A DNA stretch of 64,000 nt. It comes from an uncultured bacterium. Its GTDB lineage: Bacteria > Desulfobacterota_D > UBA1144 > Nemesobacterales > UBA2774. The notes under the pieces were generated by a model. That model saw nothing but the letters and a program-made list of their open reading frames with translations, did not search any database and was not told the DNA's origin. Made by a program: the position numbers and the translations under genes. Positions 39,135-53,161 of the stretch are shown here, piece after piece (the first letter of the stretch is position 1; every line of letters starts with the position of its first letter). The stretch is from assembly GCA_963825135.1 (NCBI GenBank), contig CAWGRW010000009.1:864001-928000 (forward strand). The letters run 5' to 3'.

Positions 39135-40316
39135 TTAGAGAGCTGAGGAATTCCCGACGCCGGCCCCTCTAATCCTTTCCACGGCACGCGGTATGATTTC
39201 CGCCGCCGCTTCGATTTCTCCGTAATCCGTGAATCTCCCCAGACTGAACCTGACTGATGAAGACGCCTCCCCTCTTGAGAGACCCATGGCCATGAGCACG
39301 TGAGAGGGATCGACCCTGCCTTCCGAGCAGGCGGACCCCGTAGATACCGCTACGCCCTCGAGGTCAAGCGCCATCGAGAGGGAATCCCCATTCACGCCCC
39401 CGATAAATACATTGAGAGTATTCGAGAGAGTTTTGTCCATATCGCCGTTTAGCCCGATGTCGGCGATAGAGGCCGATAATCCTTCCCAGAGCCTGTCCCG
39501 GAGCGACTTTATCCTCTTTTGGTCCCCCTTCATCTCGCTGAGGGCAATCTTGGAGGCCATACCCATGCCCGCAATCGCGGGCACGTTCTCGGTGCCTGAG
39601 CGGCTGCCCCTCTCCTGCCCGCCCCCGTGGATCAGGGGCAGAAGCCGGACACTCTTATTAAGTCCGTCCCTGACATATAGGGCGCCCGCGCCCTTAGGCC
39701 CGTAAAACTTGTGGGCCGACAGGGTCAGAAGGTCGGCTGGAATCTCGTCCATGTTGATATCTATCTTTCCCGCGGCCTGTACGGCGTCCGTATGAAAAAT
39801 AGCCCCTTTCTCCTTTACGATGCGGGCGATCTCGACGATAGGCATAACGGTTCCGGTCTCGTTGTTGGCGTATATGCAGGATACGAGTATCGTCTCGTCG
39901 GAAATCGAGTCCCGGAGCTCGTCAAGGTCGATAATGCCGTAAGCGTCCACGCCAAGATACGTGACACGGAACCCGGACTTCTCTAAAGACCTGCAAGTCT
40001 CGTGCACCGACTCATGCTCGACGCCGGTCGTGATAATGTGGTTGCCCTTTTTCCTTACATCGGCCAGGGCGACGCCCTTGACCGCGTAGTTGCTGCTCTC
40101 GCTCCCGCCGGATGTAAATACGATCTCCCTCGGCTTGGCGTTTATTAGACAGGCGACCTGCTCCCTTGCGCAATCGAGCGCGCCCTTCCCCCTCATACCG
40201 AGCGAGTGGATGCTCGACGGGTTCCCGAAATCGTCCTTGAAATAGGGCATCATCGCTTCAAGCACGCGCGGGTCAACAGGGGTCGTAGCGTTGTAATCGA
40301 GATATATTCTTTTCAT
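39135..40316 (-). CDS. iscS: Cysteine desulfurase (IscS/NifS class I)
   Basis: YLDYNATTP, FTSGGSES, HTDAVQ, SAHKFYGPKG, STGSAC. Confidence 0.92.
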   Translation of the reverse strand: MKRIYLDYNATTPVDPRVLEAMMPYFKDDFGNPSSIHSLGMRGKGALDCAREQVACLINAKPREIVFTSGGSESSNYAVKGVALADVRKKGNHIITTGVEHESVHETCRSLEKSGFRVTYLGVDAYGIIDLDELRDSISDETILVSCIYANNETGTVMPIVEIARIVKEKGAIFHTDAVQAAGKIDINMDEIPADLLTLSAHKFYGPKGAGALYVRDGLNKSVRLLPLIHGGGQERGSRSGTENVPAIAGMGMASKIALSEMKGDQKRIKSLRDRLWEGLSASIADIGLNGDMDKTLSNTLNVFIGGVNGDSLSMALDLEGVAVSTGSACSEGRVDPSHVLMAMGLSRGEASSSVRFSLGRFTDYGEIEAAAEIIPRAVERIRGAGVGNSSAL

Positions 40317-40335
40317 CCGATTCAGGATATTAAGT

Positions 40336-41298
40336 TTACATCAGCGGGGCGTTATTCGAAATTCGCGAAATATCGGTGAAACGTTTCCGCGTCTTCCTAA
40401 TCCGGGTTTCGAGAAGGTACTCGTATTCGTCTTTCACGATCTAATGAACTCGGCCGCGAGTTTTGAGAGCTTTCTGTCCCTGTGCCATGCGGCAACTACG
40501 GTGCGTCTTCGGGGACTGTCCCTTTATCGGCCTGTAAACGCATTTATTGGAAACGTCCGTCATCACCAGCATCTTGGGTACAAGGGAAACACCGCTTCCG
40601 AATGAAACGCAGTGCTGTATTGTCGACAAATTCCAGGTGCGGCAGACGATATCCGGGTTTATCTGTCTCTCATAGCAGAAATTGTTTATCTGCTCCCCGA
40701 GGCAGTGCTCCTCATCGAGTGCGATGAAAGGAATATCCCTCAGATCCTCGATCGTTACATCATCCAGTTTGGCAAGCTCGTGGCCGGGCGATAAAGCGAG
40801 AACGAGGGGGTCATCAAAAAGGGGCTCCGTCCTGATAAGCTTGTCATCTATAGGGAGGCTCATCACTGCCATCTCTATTTCAAGCCCGATCAGGTTCTTT
40901 ATGAGCCTTTCTGTGAGGTTTTCATGTACGTAGATATGCGCCTTCGGAAACGATTCATAAAACCTTTTAAGGGCGCCGGGCAAAATATAGGGGGCGATCG
41001 TGGGGATTAATCCCACGGACAGCTGACCGGAACCGGAATCGAGGTCTTCGGTAATACCCGATTTAATGTTCCCGGTTTCATTCAGAATCAGCCTCGCTCT
41101 CGGAAGCAGTGCCCTCCCGGCTTCAGTGAGCACGGTGATCCTTCCCAGCCTTTCGAAGAGCCTCTGACCGAGCTCAAGCTCGAGCTTTTTTATCTGCTGG
41201 CTGAGAGAAGGCTGCGCGACGAAGCAGACCCTCGCCGCCTTGCTGAAACCGCCTGTCTCGGCGACAGCGACAAAGTATCTAAGCTGATGAAGCTCCAT
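40336..41298 (-). CDS. oxyR: OxyR (LysR family); C-terminus disturbed by two compensating indels (near 40508 and 40442)
   Basis: LysR HTH; HCLGEQINNFC reproduces the Cys199/Cys208 spacing; divergent from katG; alternate frame gives RTVVAAWHRDRKLSKLAAEFI, then the original frame resumes to TAA at 40336. Confidence 0.85.
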
Positions 41299-41373
41299 TT
41301 ATCTATCCTTACCTAAAGAGGTCCAAAACCTGACCAACTACTGACCGATTTAACGATAAACCAAACCCAATCC

Positions 41374-41421
41374 ATAGGCATTAACTATAGGATATATAGA
41401 ATATCAATATTGGACAACTAT
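41374..41421. promoter_or_regulatory. OxyR binding site
   Basis: ATAG-N7-CTAT-N7-ATAG-N7-ATAT-N7-CTAT. Confidence 0.85.
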
Positions 41422-41465
41422 GGAGAATTTCGTTTAATGTATAAGTGGGGTTTTTCAAATATTAA

Positions 41466-43733
<2,268 letters not shown>

Positions 43734-43878
43734 TTTCGGTTATTAGAGAAAATGGCCACATTTAACCGGGAGAGGCCGAGGAAGGATATGGAAGACTGTT
43801 TTCGATAAATAAAGCCGCAGGACAAAAGTAAATAAACACGAAGCTTATCATTGCCTCCATCTTGTAACCGGAGCAAAG

Positions 43879-43921
43879 CGGCTATGAAGCCCCTGCCGGG
43901 GGTTTCATAGCCGTTCTTTTT
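43879..43921 (+). terminator. Rho-independent terminator after katG
   Basis: CGGCTATGAAGCCCC / GGGGTTTCATAGCCG stem, then TTCTTTTT. Confidence 0.75.
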
Positions 43922-44060
43922 ATCGTTACACATATTCATAGTCCTTACACAAGCTTCATTATCCGCTCTCCGTAAATGAAACCGGTTGTAATCATTGAAA
44001 GATAGAGTATTGACCCGACTCTAAGAATATGTAATTATTAAATTTTGGTGGGTCATTCAA

Positions 44061-46472
44061 ATGATAATCACGGTTAACTGGCTAAGGGAATATGTCGACT
44101 TCGGGATCACTCCCGAAGAGCTTGCGGACAAGCTCACGATGGCCGGTCTCGAGGTTGAGGCGGTTGAGTATCGCGGGAGGGGGCTCGAGAATGTTGTAGT
44201 TGCTCTGATCCTCGAATTGAAACCTCACCCGGACGCGACAAAGCTATCCCTCTGCGAAGTAACGGACGGGGAAAAGAACTATCCGATCGTCTGCGGCGCA
44301 AGCAACATGAAGCCGGGCGACAAGGTAGCGCTCGCAAAAATCGGAACGAACCTGCCTCCCGGACCGAAATTCCCCGAAGGTATGACGATCAAGAAAGCCA
44401 AAATAAGGGGCGAGGTCTCGGAAGGGATGCTCTGCGCGGAGAACGAGCTAGGTATAGGCGTCGAGAGCGACGGAATAATGATACTCCCCGCTTCGGCAAG
44501 CATCGGGGCGAGGCTAATAGACGAGATAGGTCTTAACGACGTCATATTCGAGATCAATGTCACCCCCAACCGCCCGGACTGCCTGAGCGTAGTCGGCGTC
44601 GCGAGGGAGGTAGCCGCGCTGCTCGGAAGCAAATTAAATTATCCCCCCCTGACCGTCACCGAATCGGGCGAGGACATACACCAACTGGCAAAAGTGGAGC
44701 TACTGGACCGGGAAAAGTGCCCCAGATATTCCTGCCGCGTAATAAAGAACGTGAATATCGGACCCTCTCCCATGTGGCTCAAGTCGAGGCTCGAGTCCTC
44801 AGGGGTAAGGTCGATAAATAACGTCGTCGACGTCACCAACTACGTGCTCCTGGAGCTGGGCCAGCCGCTCCATGCGTTTAACTACGACCTCATCGAGGGG
44901 AGAAAAATCGTAGTCAGGGCCGCGGGCGACGGTGAAGTATTAAAGACCCTCGACGGCGTCGAGAGAAAACTCACCCCTGAAGACCTGCTTATCTGTGACG
45001 GTAAAAGACCGGTCGCGCTTGCGGGCGTGATGGGCGGCGCGAATACCGAGGTATCGGACAATACGAAAAATATTCTGCTCGAAAGCGCTTACTTCGACCC
45101 TTCGGCTATCAGGAAAACATCCAGAAAGACGGGGCTCAAATCGGAGTCCTCTTACAGGTTCGAAAGGGGCGTCGACCCGAACGGGATAACGAAGGCGCTC
45201 GACAGGGCGGCAGAGCTTATAGGAGAGTTGTCCGGCGGGCAGATCGCAAAGGGCATAATAGACGAGTATCCGGCAATAATAGAACCCTCGCAGGTAGTGC
45301 TTTCCCCAAAACGCGTCAATTCGATCCTCGGAACAGGCATCGACGCGGGAGAGATTACAAGAATATTGAAAGGGCTCGGCTTCGAAAACGCCCCATCAAC
45401 AAATGGTGAGATCACATTCCGCATCCCCACGTGGAGAGTGGATGTCACGAGGGAAATCGATCTGATCGAAGAGATCGCAAGGCTCCACGGCTACGGCAAA
45501 ATTCCGGTCACGCTGCCCCGGGTGATAATGAAATCGGAGGGACTCGATACCGGGAAAAAGGTTAAGAACATACTGAAGGAAGTCCTGGTCTCGGCCGGAT
45601 TCCACGAGGTGATAAACTTCAGCTTCGAAGACTGCGGGCTTTTAACCCTGTTCGGAAAATCCGAGGCGCTCGAGATACTGAACCCGCTTTCGAGCGAGGG
45701 CTCGGTTATGAGGACGAGCCTCCTGCCCGGCATTATCAGGAATTCCGTGCTCAACCTGAACAGACAGGAACATGATGTAAGGCTTTTCGAGGCGGGCAAA
45801 ATTTTCATACCGTCGGGGAGAGGAAGTCTCCCCGTCGAGATAACGAAACTGGCCGCGGCTGCAACCGGAAGAAGACAGCCGGAACTCTGGGACAAAGAGG
45901 AATTCGATTTCTATGATTTTAAAATCCTGCTCGATAGGGGATTCGGTGCTCTATCGATTTCAGAGAGCGTCAATTTCCTGAGGGCAACGGAAATCGGATT
46001 TCTCCACCCCGGCAAATCGGCGTCGGTCTTCATCGGAGAGGAAGACTGCGGTTTCGTGGGGGAGCTTCACCCCGACCTCCTTGATAAGCTTGAAATCTCC
46101 AAGAGGTTATTCGTAATGGAAATAGATTTAGACAAGATAACCGGGAAATACGGCGAAACGCGGAAGGCGTTCAGCCCCCTTCCCAGGTTCCCTGCGGTAA
46201 GAAGGGACATAGCGCTGATAGTCGATGAAGAAATCCCTGCCGGCAGCATTCTCGAAGAGATCGGCAGAATAGATACGAAGCTCATCGAGGACGCGGAAGT
46301 GTTCGACGTATTTACGGGGAGCCCGGTGGAAAAGGGGAAAAAGAGCGTGGCGATTTCGCTCCAGCTGAGGGCGGCGGACAAAACGCTCACCGACGAAGAA
46401 ATAAATAAAGTACAGGACAAGACGATTAAAAAACTTCAATTGGCTCTTGGCGCCGATTTGCGTACAATATAA
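44061..46472 (+). CDS. pheT: Phenylalanine-tRNA ligase beta subunit
   Basis: HPDATKL, TPNRPDCLS, SYRFERG, DLIEEIAR, FPAVRRDIA. Confidence 0.98.
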   Translation: MIITVNWLREYVDFGITPEELADKLTMAGLEVEAVEYRGRGLENVVVALILELKPHPDATKLSLCEVTDGEKNYPIVCGASNMKPGDKVALAKIGTNLPPGPKFPEGMTIKKAKIRGEVSEGMLCAENELGIGVESDGIMILPASASIGARLIDEIGLNDVIFEINVTPNRPDCLSVVGVAREVAALLGSKLNYPPLTVTESGEDIHQLAKVELLDREKCPRYSCRVIKNVNIGPSPMWLKSRLESSGVRSINNVVDVTNYVLLELGQPLHAFNYDLIEGRKIVVRAAGDGEVLKTLDGVERKLTPEDLLICDGKRPVALAGVMGGANTEVSDNTKNILLESAYFDPSAIRKTSRKTGLKSESSYRFERGVDPNGITKALDRAAELIGELSGGQIAKGIIDEYPAIIEPSQVVLSPKRVNSILGTGIDAGEITRILKGLGFENAPSTNGEITFRIPTWRVDVTREIDLIEEIARLHGYGKIPVTLPRVIMKSEGLDTGKKVKNILKEVLVSAGFHEVINFSFEDCGLLTLFGKSEALEILNPLSSEGSVMRTSLLPGIIRNSVLNLNRQEHDVRLFEAGKIFIPSGRGSLPVEITKLAAAATGRRQPELWDKEEFDFYDFKILLDRGFGALSISESVNFLRATEIGFLHPGKSASVFIGEEDCGFVGELHPDLLDKLEISKRLFVMEIDLDKITGKYGETRKAFSPLPRFPAVRRDIALIVDEEIPAGSILEEIGRIDTKLIEDAEVFDVFTGSPVEKGKKSVAISLQLRAADKTLTDEEINKVQDKTIKKLQLALGADLRTI

Positions 46473-46495
46473 CAATGATAGGAGGGGTTAGCGAC

Positions 46496-46780
46496 ATGAC
46501 GAAGAAAGAACTCGCGGATGTGATTCATACTAAAATAGGACTCTCCAAAAGGGAGTCAGCAGAGATAGTAGAGTTTTTCTTTGAAGTGGCAAAAGAAAAA
46601 CTAAGCAGGGGAGAGGGGATAAAGCTTCCCAGGTTCGGGAGTTTCCGTGTCCAGAACAGAAAGGCCAGAAAGGGAAGGAACCCCGCCACGGGCGAAACGA
46701 TTGAAATAGCCGAGAGACGCGCTGTCGTATTTAAGCCCAGCAGGTTTCTCCGCGACGCCATCGACAAGCATACAGCTTGA
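46496..46780 (+). CDS. ihfA: Integration host factor alpha
   Basis: MTKKELAD, FGSF, GRNPATGE, VFKPS; follows pheT. Confidence 0.85.
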   Translation: MTKKELADVIHTKIGLSKRESAEIVEFFFEVAKEKLSRGEGIKLPRFGSFRVQNRKARKGRNPATGETIEIAERRAVVFKPSRFLRDAIDKHTA

Positions 46781-46783
46781 TGA

Positions 46784-47452
46784 ATGAGGCATATTTATAG
46801 TTTCTTCAAGCAAAACATACTCGCCGGAATACTGGTAACCGTACCGTTCGGACTTACCCTTTTTATATTGTTGTGGCTCGGCGCATGGATTATACGGCTC
46901 GTCAGCGCCGCTCCCGCAAGACTGATTGGCGGCTATCTTAACGAGCTCCCTGAAGGTTTATACGGAGCCGCCCTTTTCCTGACCGGGCTCATCGGAACCC
47001 TGCTCGTCGTCCTTATTGTCGGAGCAGTAGCAAGAAATTATTTGGGCCGGAAGCTCGTCGTTTTCGGCGAGGCGATAATCTCTAAAATCCCTCTCACAAG
47101 AACGATTTACACAGCTTCGAAACAGGTAATAAATACGCTTTTCGTAGGGACCGGGATCAAGAGCTTAAAGAGGGTCGTGCTCCTGGAGTTTCCGAGAAAG
47201 GGCGTTTACTCCATCGGATTCGTAACCGGCTCAATTGAGGCGGGCGTCCATCAAAACCAGTCCGGTCGAAAACTAATTAGCTTATTCGTCCCCACGACCC
47301 CGAATCCGACAACCGGCTACTACGTCATGCTGCCGGAGGAGGACATAGTGGAGCTTCCGATCACTATAGAGGATGCGTTTAAAATTATCATGTCGGCAGG
47401 CCTCGCCACCAATAATGTTGAAAATGTTGTCCCGTATAAAAAGAACGATTAG
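46784..47452 (+). CDS. DUF502 membrane protein
   Basis: IPLTRTIY...KQV, VVLLEFPRKG, FVPTTPNPTTGY. Confidence 0.92.
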   Translation: MRHIYSFFKQNILAGILVTVPFGLTLFILLWLGAWIIRLVSAAPARLIGGYLNELPEGLYGAALFLTGLIGTLLVVLIVGAVARNYLGRKLVVFGEAIISKIPLTRTIYTASKQVINTLFVGTGIKSLKRVVLLEFPRKGVYSIGFVTGSIEAGVHQNQSGRKLISLFVPTTPNPTTGYYVMLPEEDIVELPITIEDAFKIIMSAGLATNNVENVVPYKKND

Positions 47453-48788
47453 CAAATACAAAATGCTCCTCCCCGGAGACAAGGTAGTCATCGGGGTTTC
47501 AGGGGGCGCCGATTCGGTATGCCTACTGCATGTCCTCCTCGGACTTACCGAATTGAATATAGATCTTATAGTCGCTCATCTGAACCATGGAATAAGGGGT
47601 AAAGAGGCTCAAAGGGACTCGTTGTTCGTTAAGAAGACGGCCGAGTCCCTCGGTTTAAAATTCGAGCCCGGCGAAGCGGACGTCCCCCGATTCAAAAGGG
47701 AATCGAGGCTCACGCTCGAAGAAGCGGCAAGGATCCTACGTTACGAGTTCTTCGAGAAAACGCGTAAAAAGTACAGGGCGGATAAAATAGCCACGGCTCA
47801 CACCCTCGACGACCAGGCGGAAACCGTGGTTATGAGGCTCCTCAGGGGGAGCGGCGGGAAGGGACTTTCGGGCATCCCCCCCGTATCGAGAGGGGTGATA
47901 ATAAGGCCGCTCATAGAAACGGCCCGACCGGAAATCGAACACTACCTCAAATCCAACGGGATTGAATGGATCGAGGATTCAACCAACAAGCTCAGGACAA
48001 TCATGAGAAACAGGATAAGGCTCGACCTGATACCCTCGCTCGAGACCTACAATCCTCAAATTAAAGAGACGCTGGCGAGAACCTCGGACCTGTTGCGGAT
48101 CGGGGACGAATATATCGATCGGGAGGCAAAAAAGAATTTCGGGCGCATCTTCGTAATCGGCGAGTCCGAGCTTCACGGCGATTTGGGTAAGTTCAGACGA
48201 CTCCACCAGGCCCTGAGGCTAAGCGTCCTCAGGCTCGCCATTGAGGAGCTCGAAAAGGGCCTCAGGAACATTACGTCTCTCCACATCCTGGCCGCCGACG
48301 AGTTTCTGATGTCGGATGCGGCGTCGGGAGAAATAGAGTTCCCGGAAGAATCGGTCATTGCGAAAGGGTACGATTCCTTCCTCGTCACGACGAGGGCCGG
48401 GCTCGAACGCGAATTCTCCTACACGATAAAGTCTCCCGGAAAATGGAGCTTCCCGGGGTTCGAAGTCGATATAGAGAAGGTATCGGTCTGGACCCTGGAG
48501 GAAGAGCGGGAGGACGTAGCCTATCTCGATGCCGGCAAGGTCGAGTTCCCTATCGAGATAAGGAGCTTCAGGCCCGGCGACAGGTTCATGCCGCTCGGAA
48601 TGAAAAACGAGAAAAAGGTAAAAAATTTCTTCGTGGACTCGAAGGTCCCGCGGTTCCAAAGATACAGAATCCCGATATTCAGGAGCAAGGGAGAGATATT
48701 CTGGATCGGGGGGATGAGGATCGATGAAAGGTTCAAGGTGAGAAAGAAAGGAAAGAAAGCCCTGAAACTGAGCTTAAGAGTCCCGTAA
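47424..48788 (+). CDS. tilS: tRNA(Ile)-lysidine synthetase
   Basis: SGGADS, HLNHGIR, AHTLDDQAET, RNRIR; start at 47415 or 47424. Confidence 0.96.
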   Translation: MLSRIKRTISKYKMLLPGDKVVIGVSGGADSVCLLHVLLGLTELNIDLIVAHLNHGIRGKEAQRDSLFVKKTAESLGLKFEPGEADVPRFKRESRLTLEEAARILRYEFFEKTRKKYRADKIATAHTLDDQAETVVMRLLRGSGGKGLSGIPPVSRGVIIRPLIETARPEIEHYLKSNGIEWIEDSTNKLRTIMRNRIRLDLIPSLETYNPQIKETLARTSDLLRIGDEYIDREAKKNFGRIFVIGESELHGDLGKFRRLHQALRLSVLRLAIEELEKGLRNITSLHILAADEFLMSDAASGEIEFPEESVIAKGYDSFLVTTRAGLEREFSYTIKSPGKWSFPGFEVDIEKVSVWTLEEEREDVAYLDAGKVEFPIEIRSFRPGDRFMPLGMKNEKKVKNFFVDSKVPRFQRYRIPIFRSKGEIFWIGGMRIDERFKVRKKGKKALKLSLRVP

Positions 48789-48813
48789 GCATTCCGGTCA
48801 ATCGAGTCACGCC

Positions 48814-49772
48814 TTATTTCGCATCGAGCGCCAGATAGGCCGCGCCAATAATCCCCTCGTCGTCCCCGAGCACGCTCTTCATCACCTTAACCCTTTCCGC
48901 AGGCGCCCTGAGCGCCCTCCGCTTGAGCTCCGCAATAGCCCTGTCGATGAACATTTCCCACGCCTCCGAAACCCCTCCGCCTAAAACTATCAGCTCAACA
49001 TTCAGTATATTCACGAGGCTCGCCATGCCGATTCCGAGCGCGGTGCCGAACTGCTCCCATATCCCGAGTGCGGCCCGGTCCCCTTGAAGGGCCGCCTTCA
49101 TGACGGCCTCGGGTATCCTGCCCGGGTCTTCATCCCTGACCAACTCCCTCAGCACGGTCTTCGAATTCGCATCCGCGAGGACCTCTTTTACCATACGTCT
49201 GATCGCCGTGGCCGAAGAATAGCTCTCCAGGCACCCGTAATTCCCGCAGCTGTCCTTCGGCCCGTCGGGATAGATCGTCATGTGCCCGACCTCGCCTCCC
49301 ATGCCGTCAGCGCCCCTCCACAATTTGCCGTCGAGTACTAATCCCGCCGCCGACCCCGGTCCCGAGTGTAATCATAATGAGCGAGTCCACGTCCTTTCCG
49401 GCCCCCATCCACCATTCCCCGACGGCCGCGCAGTTGGCGTCGTTTTCTATGATTACCCGGACGGCATCTCCGAGTCTCTTGCGGAGGTTCTCCCTTATAG
49501 GGTAGTTGTTCACGTTGGATATATTAGGCGCCTGGGTGATGATCCCTTCTTTGAAATCGATTATTCCCGGGAATACCGAACCCCACCGCGGACACATCAT
49601 CGTCCCCGCCTATGCTCTTGATCAGCCCGACAAGATTTTCGATAACCGCTTCGATCCCCTGATCCGCATCAGACGCGATTTTCATCCGCTTGATTATTTT
49701 TCCGTCCGGGCCGACAAGAGCGCCCCTCAGGTTCGTGCCTCCGACGTCTATACCGATTACATTCTTTTCCAT
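48814..49772 (-). CDS. glk: ROK-family glucokinase, split by two +1 frameshifts (near 49567 and 49344)
   Basis: IGIDVGGT, ENDANCAAVGE, LGTGVGGG and GEVGH...CGNYGCLE are spread over three frames. Confidence 0.85.
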
Positions 49773-49863
49773 CTCGTTTTCCATTCCGTATAAAAATATT
49801 TCAATACATGCTGTAAAATATCCTCCATACTCGGGTTAGTGTAAAGACGGGGAGAAAAACTAA

Positions 49864-51001
49864 ATGGATTTCGACTTCACGGAAGAACAGAAGATGATAA
49901 GGAGCGTCGCGAGGGAATTCGCCAGGAAGGAAATCGCTCCCTCGGCCGCAGCGATACGACCGGAGCGCCGAGTTCCCTCATGATATACAGGCGAAGGCGC
50001 GGGAGCTGGGGTTGATAAACGTGGTAATACCCGAGGAGTACGGCGGCTCGGGGCTTTCCGCAATCGAGATGATACTTGTCACCGAGGAGCTCGCGTGGGG
50101 CTGCGCGGGAATCGCCGTGGGCGGGATCGCCATCAACACGCTCACCGCGCAGCCGATTCTGCTCGCGGGCGACCGGGAGCAGAAGAAAAAGTACCTCGGC
50201 ATGCTCTCCGAAGGATACGGGTCATACTGCGTTTCGGAGCCGAACGCGGGCTCGGACGTCGCTTCCATGCATTCGAGCGCGCGGAAACAAAAAGGCGGAT
50301 ACATACTCAACGGTCAGAAGACATGGATATCGAACGCTAACGAGGCCTCCTTTTTCGTCGTATTCGCCAAAACCTCTCCCGATGACGGACACAGGGGGAT
50401 AAGCGCATTCCTTGTGGACCGGGACACGCCGGGCGTGGAGGTATCGAAAAAGTTCCCGAAGATGGGACAGAGGGCGAGCGACGCCTGTGAGGTCGCGTTC
50501 AAGGACGTCGAGCTTCAGGCGAAATCGCTTCTCGGAATTGAAGGAGAAGGGTTCAAGCTCGCAATGAAGGTCTTCGATCACACCCGCCCGCTCATAGCCG
50601 CGCTCGGCGTGGGTATCTCGCAGAGGGCGCTCGACGAGTGCATCGGTTATTCCAGAGAAAGAGAGGCCTTCGGCAAGCCGATCCTCGACTTTCAGGGGGT
50701 GAGCTTCAAGGTAGCGGAGATGGGTATGCGTACACAGGCGGCGAGGCTCCTTACCTATAACGCGGCCTGGAAAGCGGCCAGGGGAGAGCGGAACACGCTT
50801 GAGGCATCTTACGCGAAGACGTTCGCCTCCGACACCGCCATGTGGTCCGCGACAGAAGCCGTCCAGATACACGGCGGCTACGGGTATTCCGAGGAATATC
50901 CGCTGGAGAAGCTGATGAGGGACGCGAAGGTGCTCCAGATATACGAGGGCACGAACGAGATCCAGCGAGTCGTTATGGCCAAGGAGCTGACAAGGGAATG
51001 A
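49864..51001 (+). CDS. Acyl-CoA dehydrogenase, +1 frameshift near 49950
   Basis: [11 protein letters not shown]-terminus in another frame; [36 protein letters not shown]. Confidence 0.9.
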
Positions 51002-52161
51002 CAGGTGTGAAAGAAGCCGTAATTATCGACGCCGTCCGTACGCCCGTGGGAAGGAACCGCGGGGCGCTCAGGAATATAAGGCCGGACGAGCTGTACGCGG
51101 GGTTACTAGGCGAAATACTGAAAAGGACAGGAATCGGCGCAGATATGATCGACGACGTAATCACGGGGTGCGTGACGCAGTACGGCGAGCAGGGCGCCAA
51201 TATAGGCAGACTGGCCGCGCTCCTCTCCCCCCTCCCCCCGTCCGTCCCCGCGGTAACGCTCAACCGGATGTGCGGGTCGAGCCAGCAGGCCGTCCACTTC
51301 GCGGCCCAGTCTATAGCTGCGGGGGATGCCGTGTACGTCCTTGCGGGAGGCGTCGAGTCCATGACGCGCGTGCCGATGTTCTCGGACATCAAAGGCGGTC
51401 TCGAAAACCTGAACCCGGATATTGGGCGTAAATACGAGCTCATTCATCAGGGCGAGTCCGCCGAGCGTATCGCAGAGAAATACGGCCTTACGAGGAAGGA
51501 GCTCGACGGATTCGCCTTCGAGAGTCACTCGAAGGCGGCCCGGGCAATCAGCTCCGGTTTCTTCAAAGAACAGATCATGCCGGTCGCGGGAGCGGATGCC
51601 GAAGGCAAGCCGTTCACGCTCGATTACGACGAAGGCGTGAGGCTCAAACCGGACCTCGAAAAGATGTCCTCACTCGCCCCCGTCTTCAGAGAGGAGGGTG
51701 TAATCACCGCCGCGAATTCGAGCCAGATATCGGACGGGGCCGGGCTCCTCCTGATCGCGGAAAGGGAAAGGGCGGAGGGAGACGGCCTTACGCCGCGGGC
51801 GAGGATACGCACGCGCGCCGTACTCGGCGGAGACCCCACACTGCAGCTGCTGGAGGTCATTCCGGCGACAGCCAGAGTCCTCACGAAGGCGGGGCTCACT
51901 CTCGCGGATATGGACGTTATAGAGATAAACGAGGCGTTCGCCTCTGTCGTGCTCGCGTGGTCGAGGGAGCTTAAGCCGGATATGGAGAAAGTAAACCCAA
52001 ACGGCGGAGCGATAGCCCACGGCCACCCCCTGGGCGCAACGGGAGCGGTGCTCATGACCAAACTGCTGTATGAGCTCGAGCGCACGGACGGCCAGTTCGG
52101 GCTCCAGGTCATGTGCATCGGGCACGGTATGGCGACCGCGACTATCATAGAAAGACTTTAA
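50998..52161 (+). CDS. Acetyl-CoA C-acyltransferase (thiolase)
   Basis: [31 protein letters not shown] overlap with the dehydrogenase stop. Confidence 0.93.
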   Translation: MTGVKEAVIIDAVRTPVGRNRGALRNIRPDELYAGLLGEILKRTGIGADMIDDVITGCVTQYGEQGANIGRLAALLSPLPPSVPAVTLNRMCGSSQQAVHFAAQSIAAGDAVYVLAGGVESMTRVPMFSDIKGGLENLNPDIGRKYELIHQGESAERIAEKYGLTRKELDGFAFESHSKAARAISSGFFKEQIMPVAGADAEGKPFTLDYDEGVRLKPDLEKMSSLAPVFREEGVITAANSSQISDGAGLLLIAERERAEGDGLTPRARIRTRAVLGGDPTLQLLEVIPATARVLTKAGLTLADMDVIEINEAFASVVLAWSRELKPDMEKVNPNGGAIAHGHPLGATGAVLMTKLLYELERTDGQFGLQVMCIGHGMATATIIERL

Positions 52162-52188
52162 TAAATTTTCGGGAGAGGCGGTTTCAGA

Positions 52189-53099
52189 TTGAGTGAACAG
52201 ATCAAGCGCGGGACATTATGCTCGCTCGATTCGCTCGAAGCAAATGAGGAGATGTACGGGACTGCCACGACGGTCGAGACCTGGCTCGTCCTCGAATACA
52301 ACGGGCGCTGGTCGGGGGACGCGTTTCGTGACAGCAAAATACCCGAGGCAGCAAAAACCGCTATCGATCGCTTTCTCGGGAGGATTCCCGAATTCCCGAC
52401 TCCAGCTTGTAAAGAAGGAGAAACCGAGCGGGTACGGCTTAGAAGCTCTTCATAGCACATTCGAGGGAAAAAGACCCGGTCCTCCTTGAAATTACACTCG
52501 GAAGATACGAAGACCTGGTCGATCTTGACATTGATTCGGTTCAAAAGGACGGATTGTCCGAGCGGAAGGAGCCGGTTTTTCTCATCTGCACAAACGGCGA
52601 GCACGATAAGTGCTGCGGGAAGTTCGGCAAACCCGTATATCTGGAAGCGGCCGAGGGCATCCACGGCCAAAACACATGGCAGACGACTCACATCGGGGGG
52701 CACAGGTTCGCATCCACTTTCGTCTGCCTGCCCCACGGACTCTATTACGGACGGGTCAGGGAAGGGGCGAGGGCCGAGAATATATTCAGTGAATATAAAA
52801 GCGGCAGGATCGATCTTGGAAGCTACAGGGGACGCTCGTGCTACGGCGCTCCCGTGCAGGCCGCCGAATATTTTCTGAGGAATGAAACGGGAAACAGGGA
52901 AATATCCGCGTTTTACTTGCGAGATGTGAAGGAACAAAACGGAGAGATAAAAGTGGATTTCCTCTCCGTTGACGATGAAAAGATTTATAAAGTCGGGTTG
53001 AGAAAGCTCGATAACGCCCTTAAAATACTAAAAAGCTGCGGTGATAAGGAAAGGTCGTTTATCCCGCTATACAGATTACTGAGCATCGTAGAAAGATAA
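52189..53099 (+). CDS. Sucrase/ferredoxin-like (Apd1/Aim32-type) Fe-S protein, two +1 frameshifts (near 52388 and 52442)
   Basis: GTA...WLVLEY..RW N-terminus; ICTNGEHDKCC, THIGGHRFA, YYGRV, YRGRS. Confidence 0.8.
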
Positions 53100-53161
53100 A
53101 GGCGAAATCGAAGCGGTGTTACCGATTCCCCTCCCCTTATAAAACGGAAATCACAACTGTC

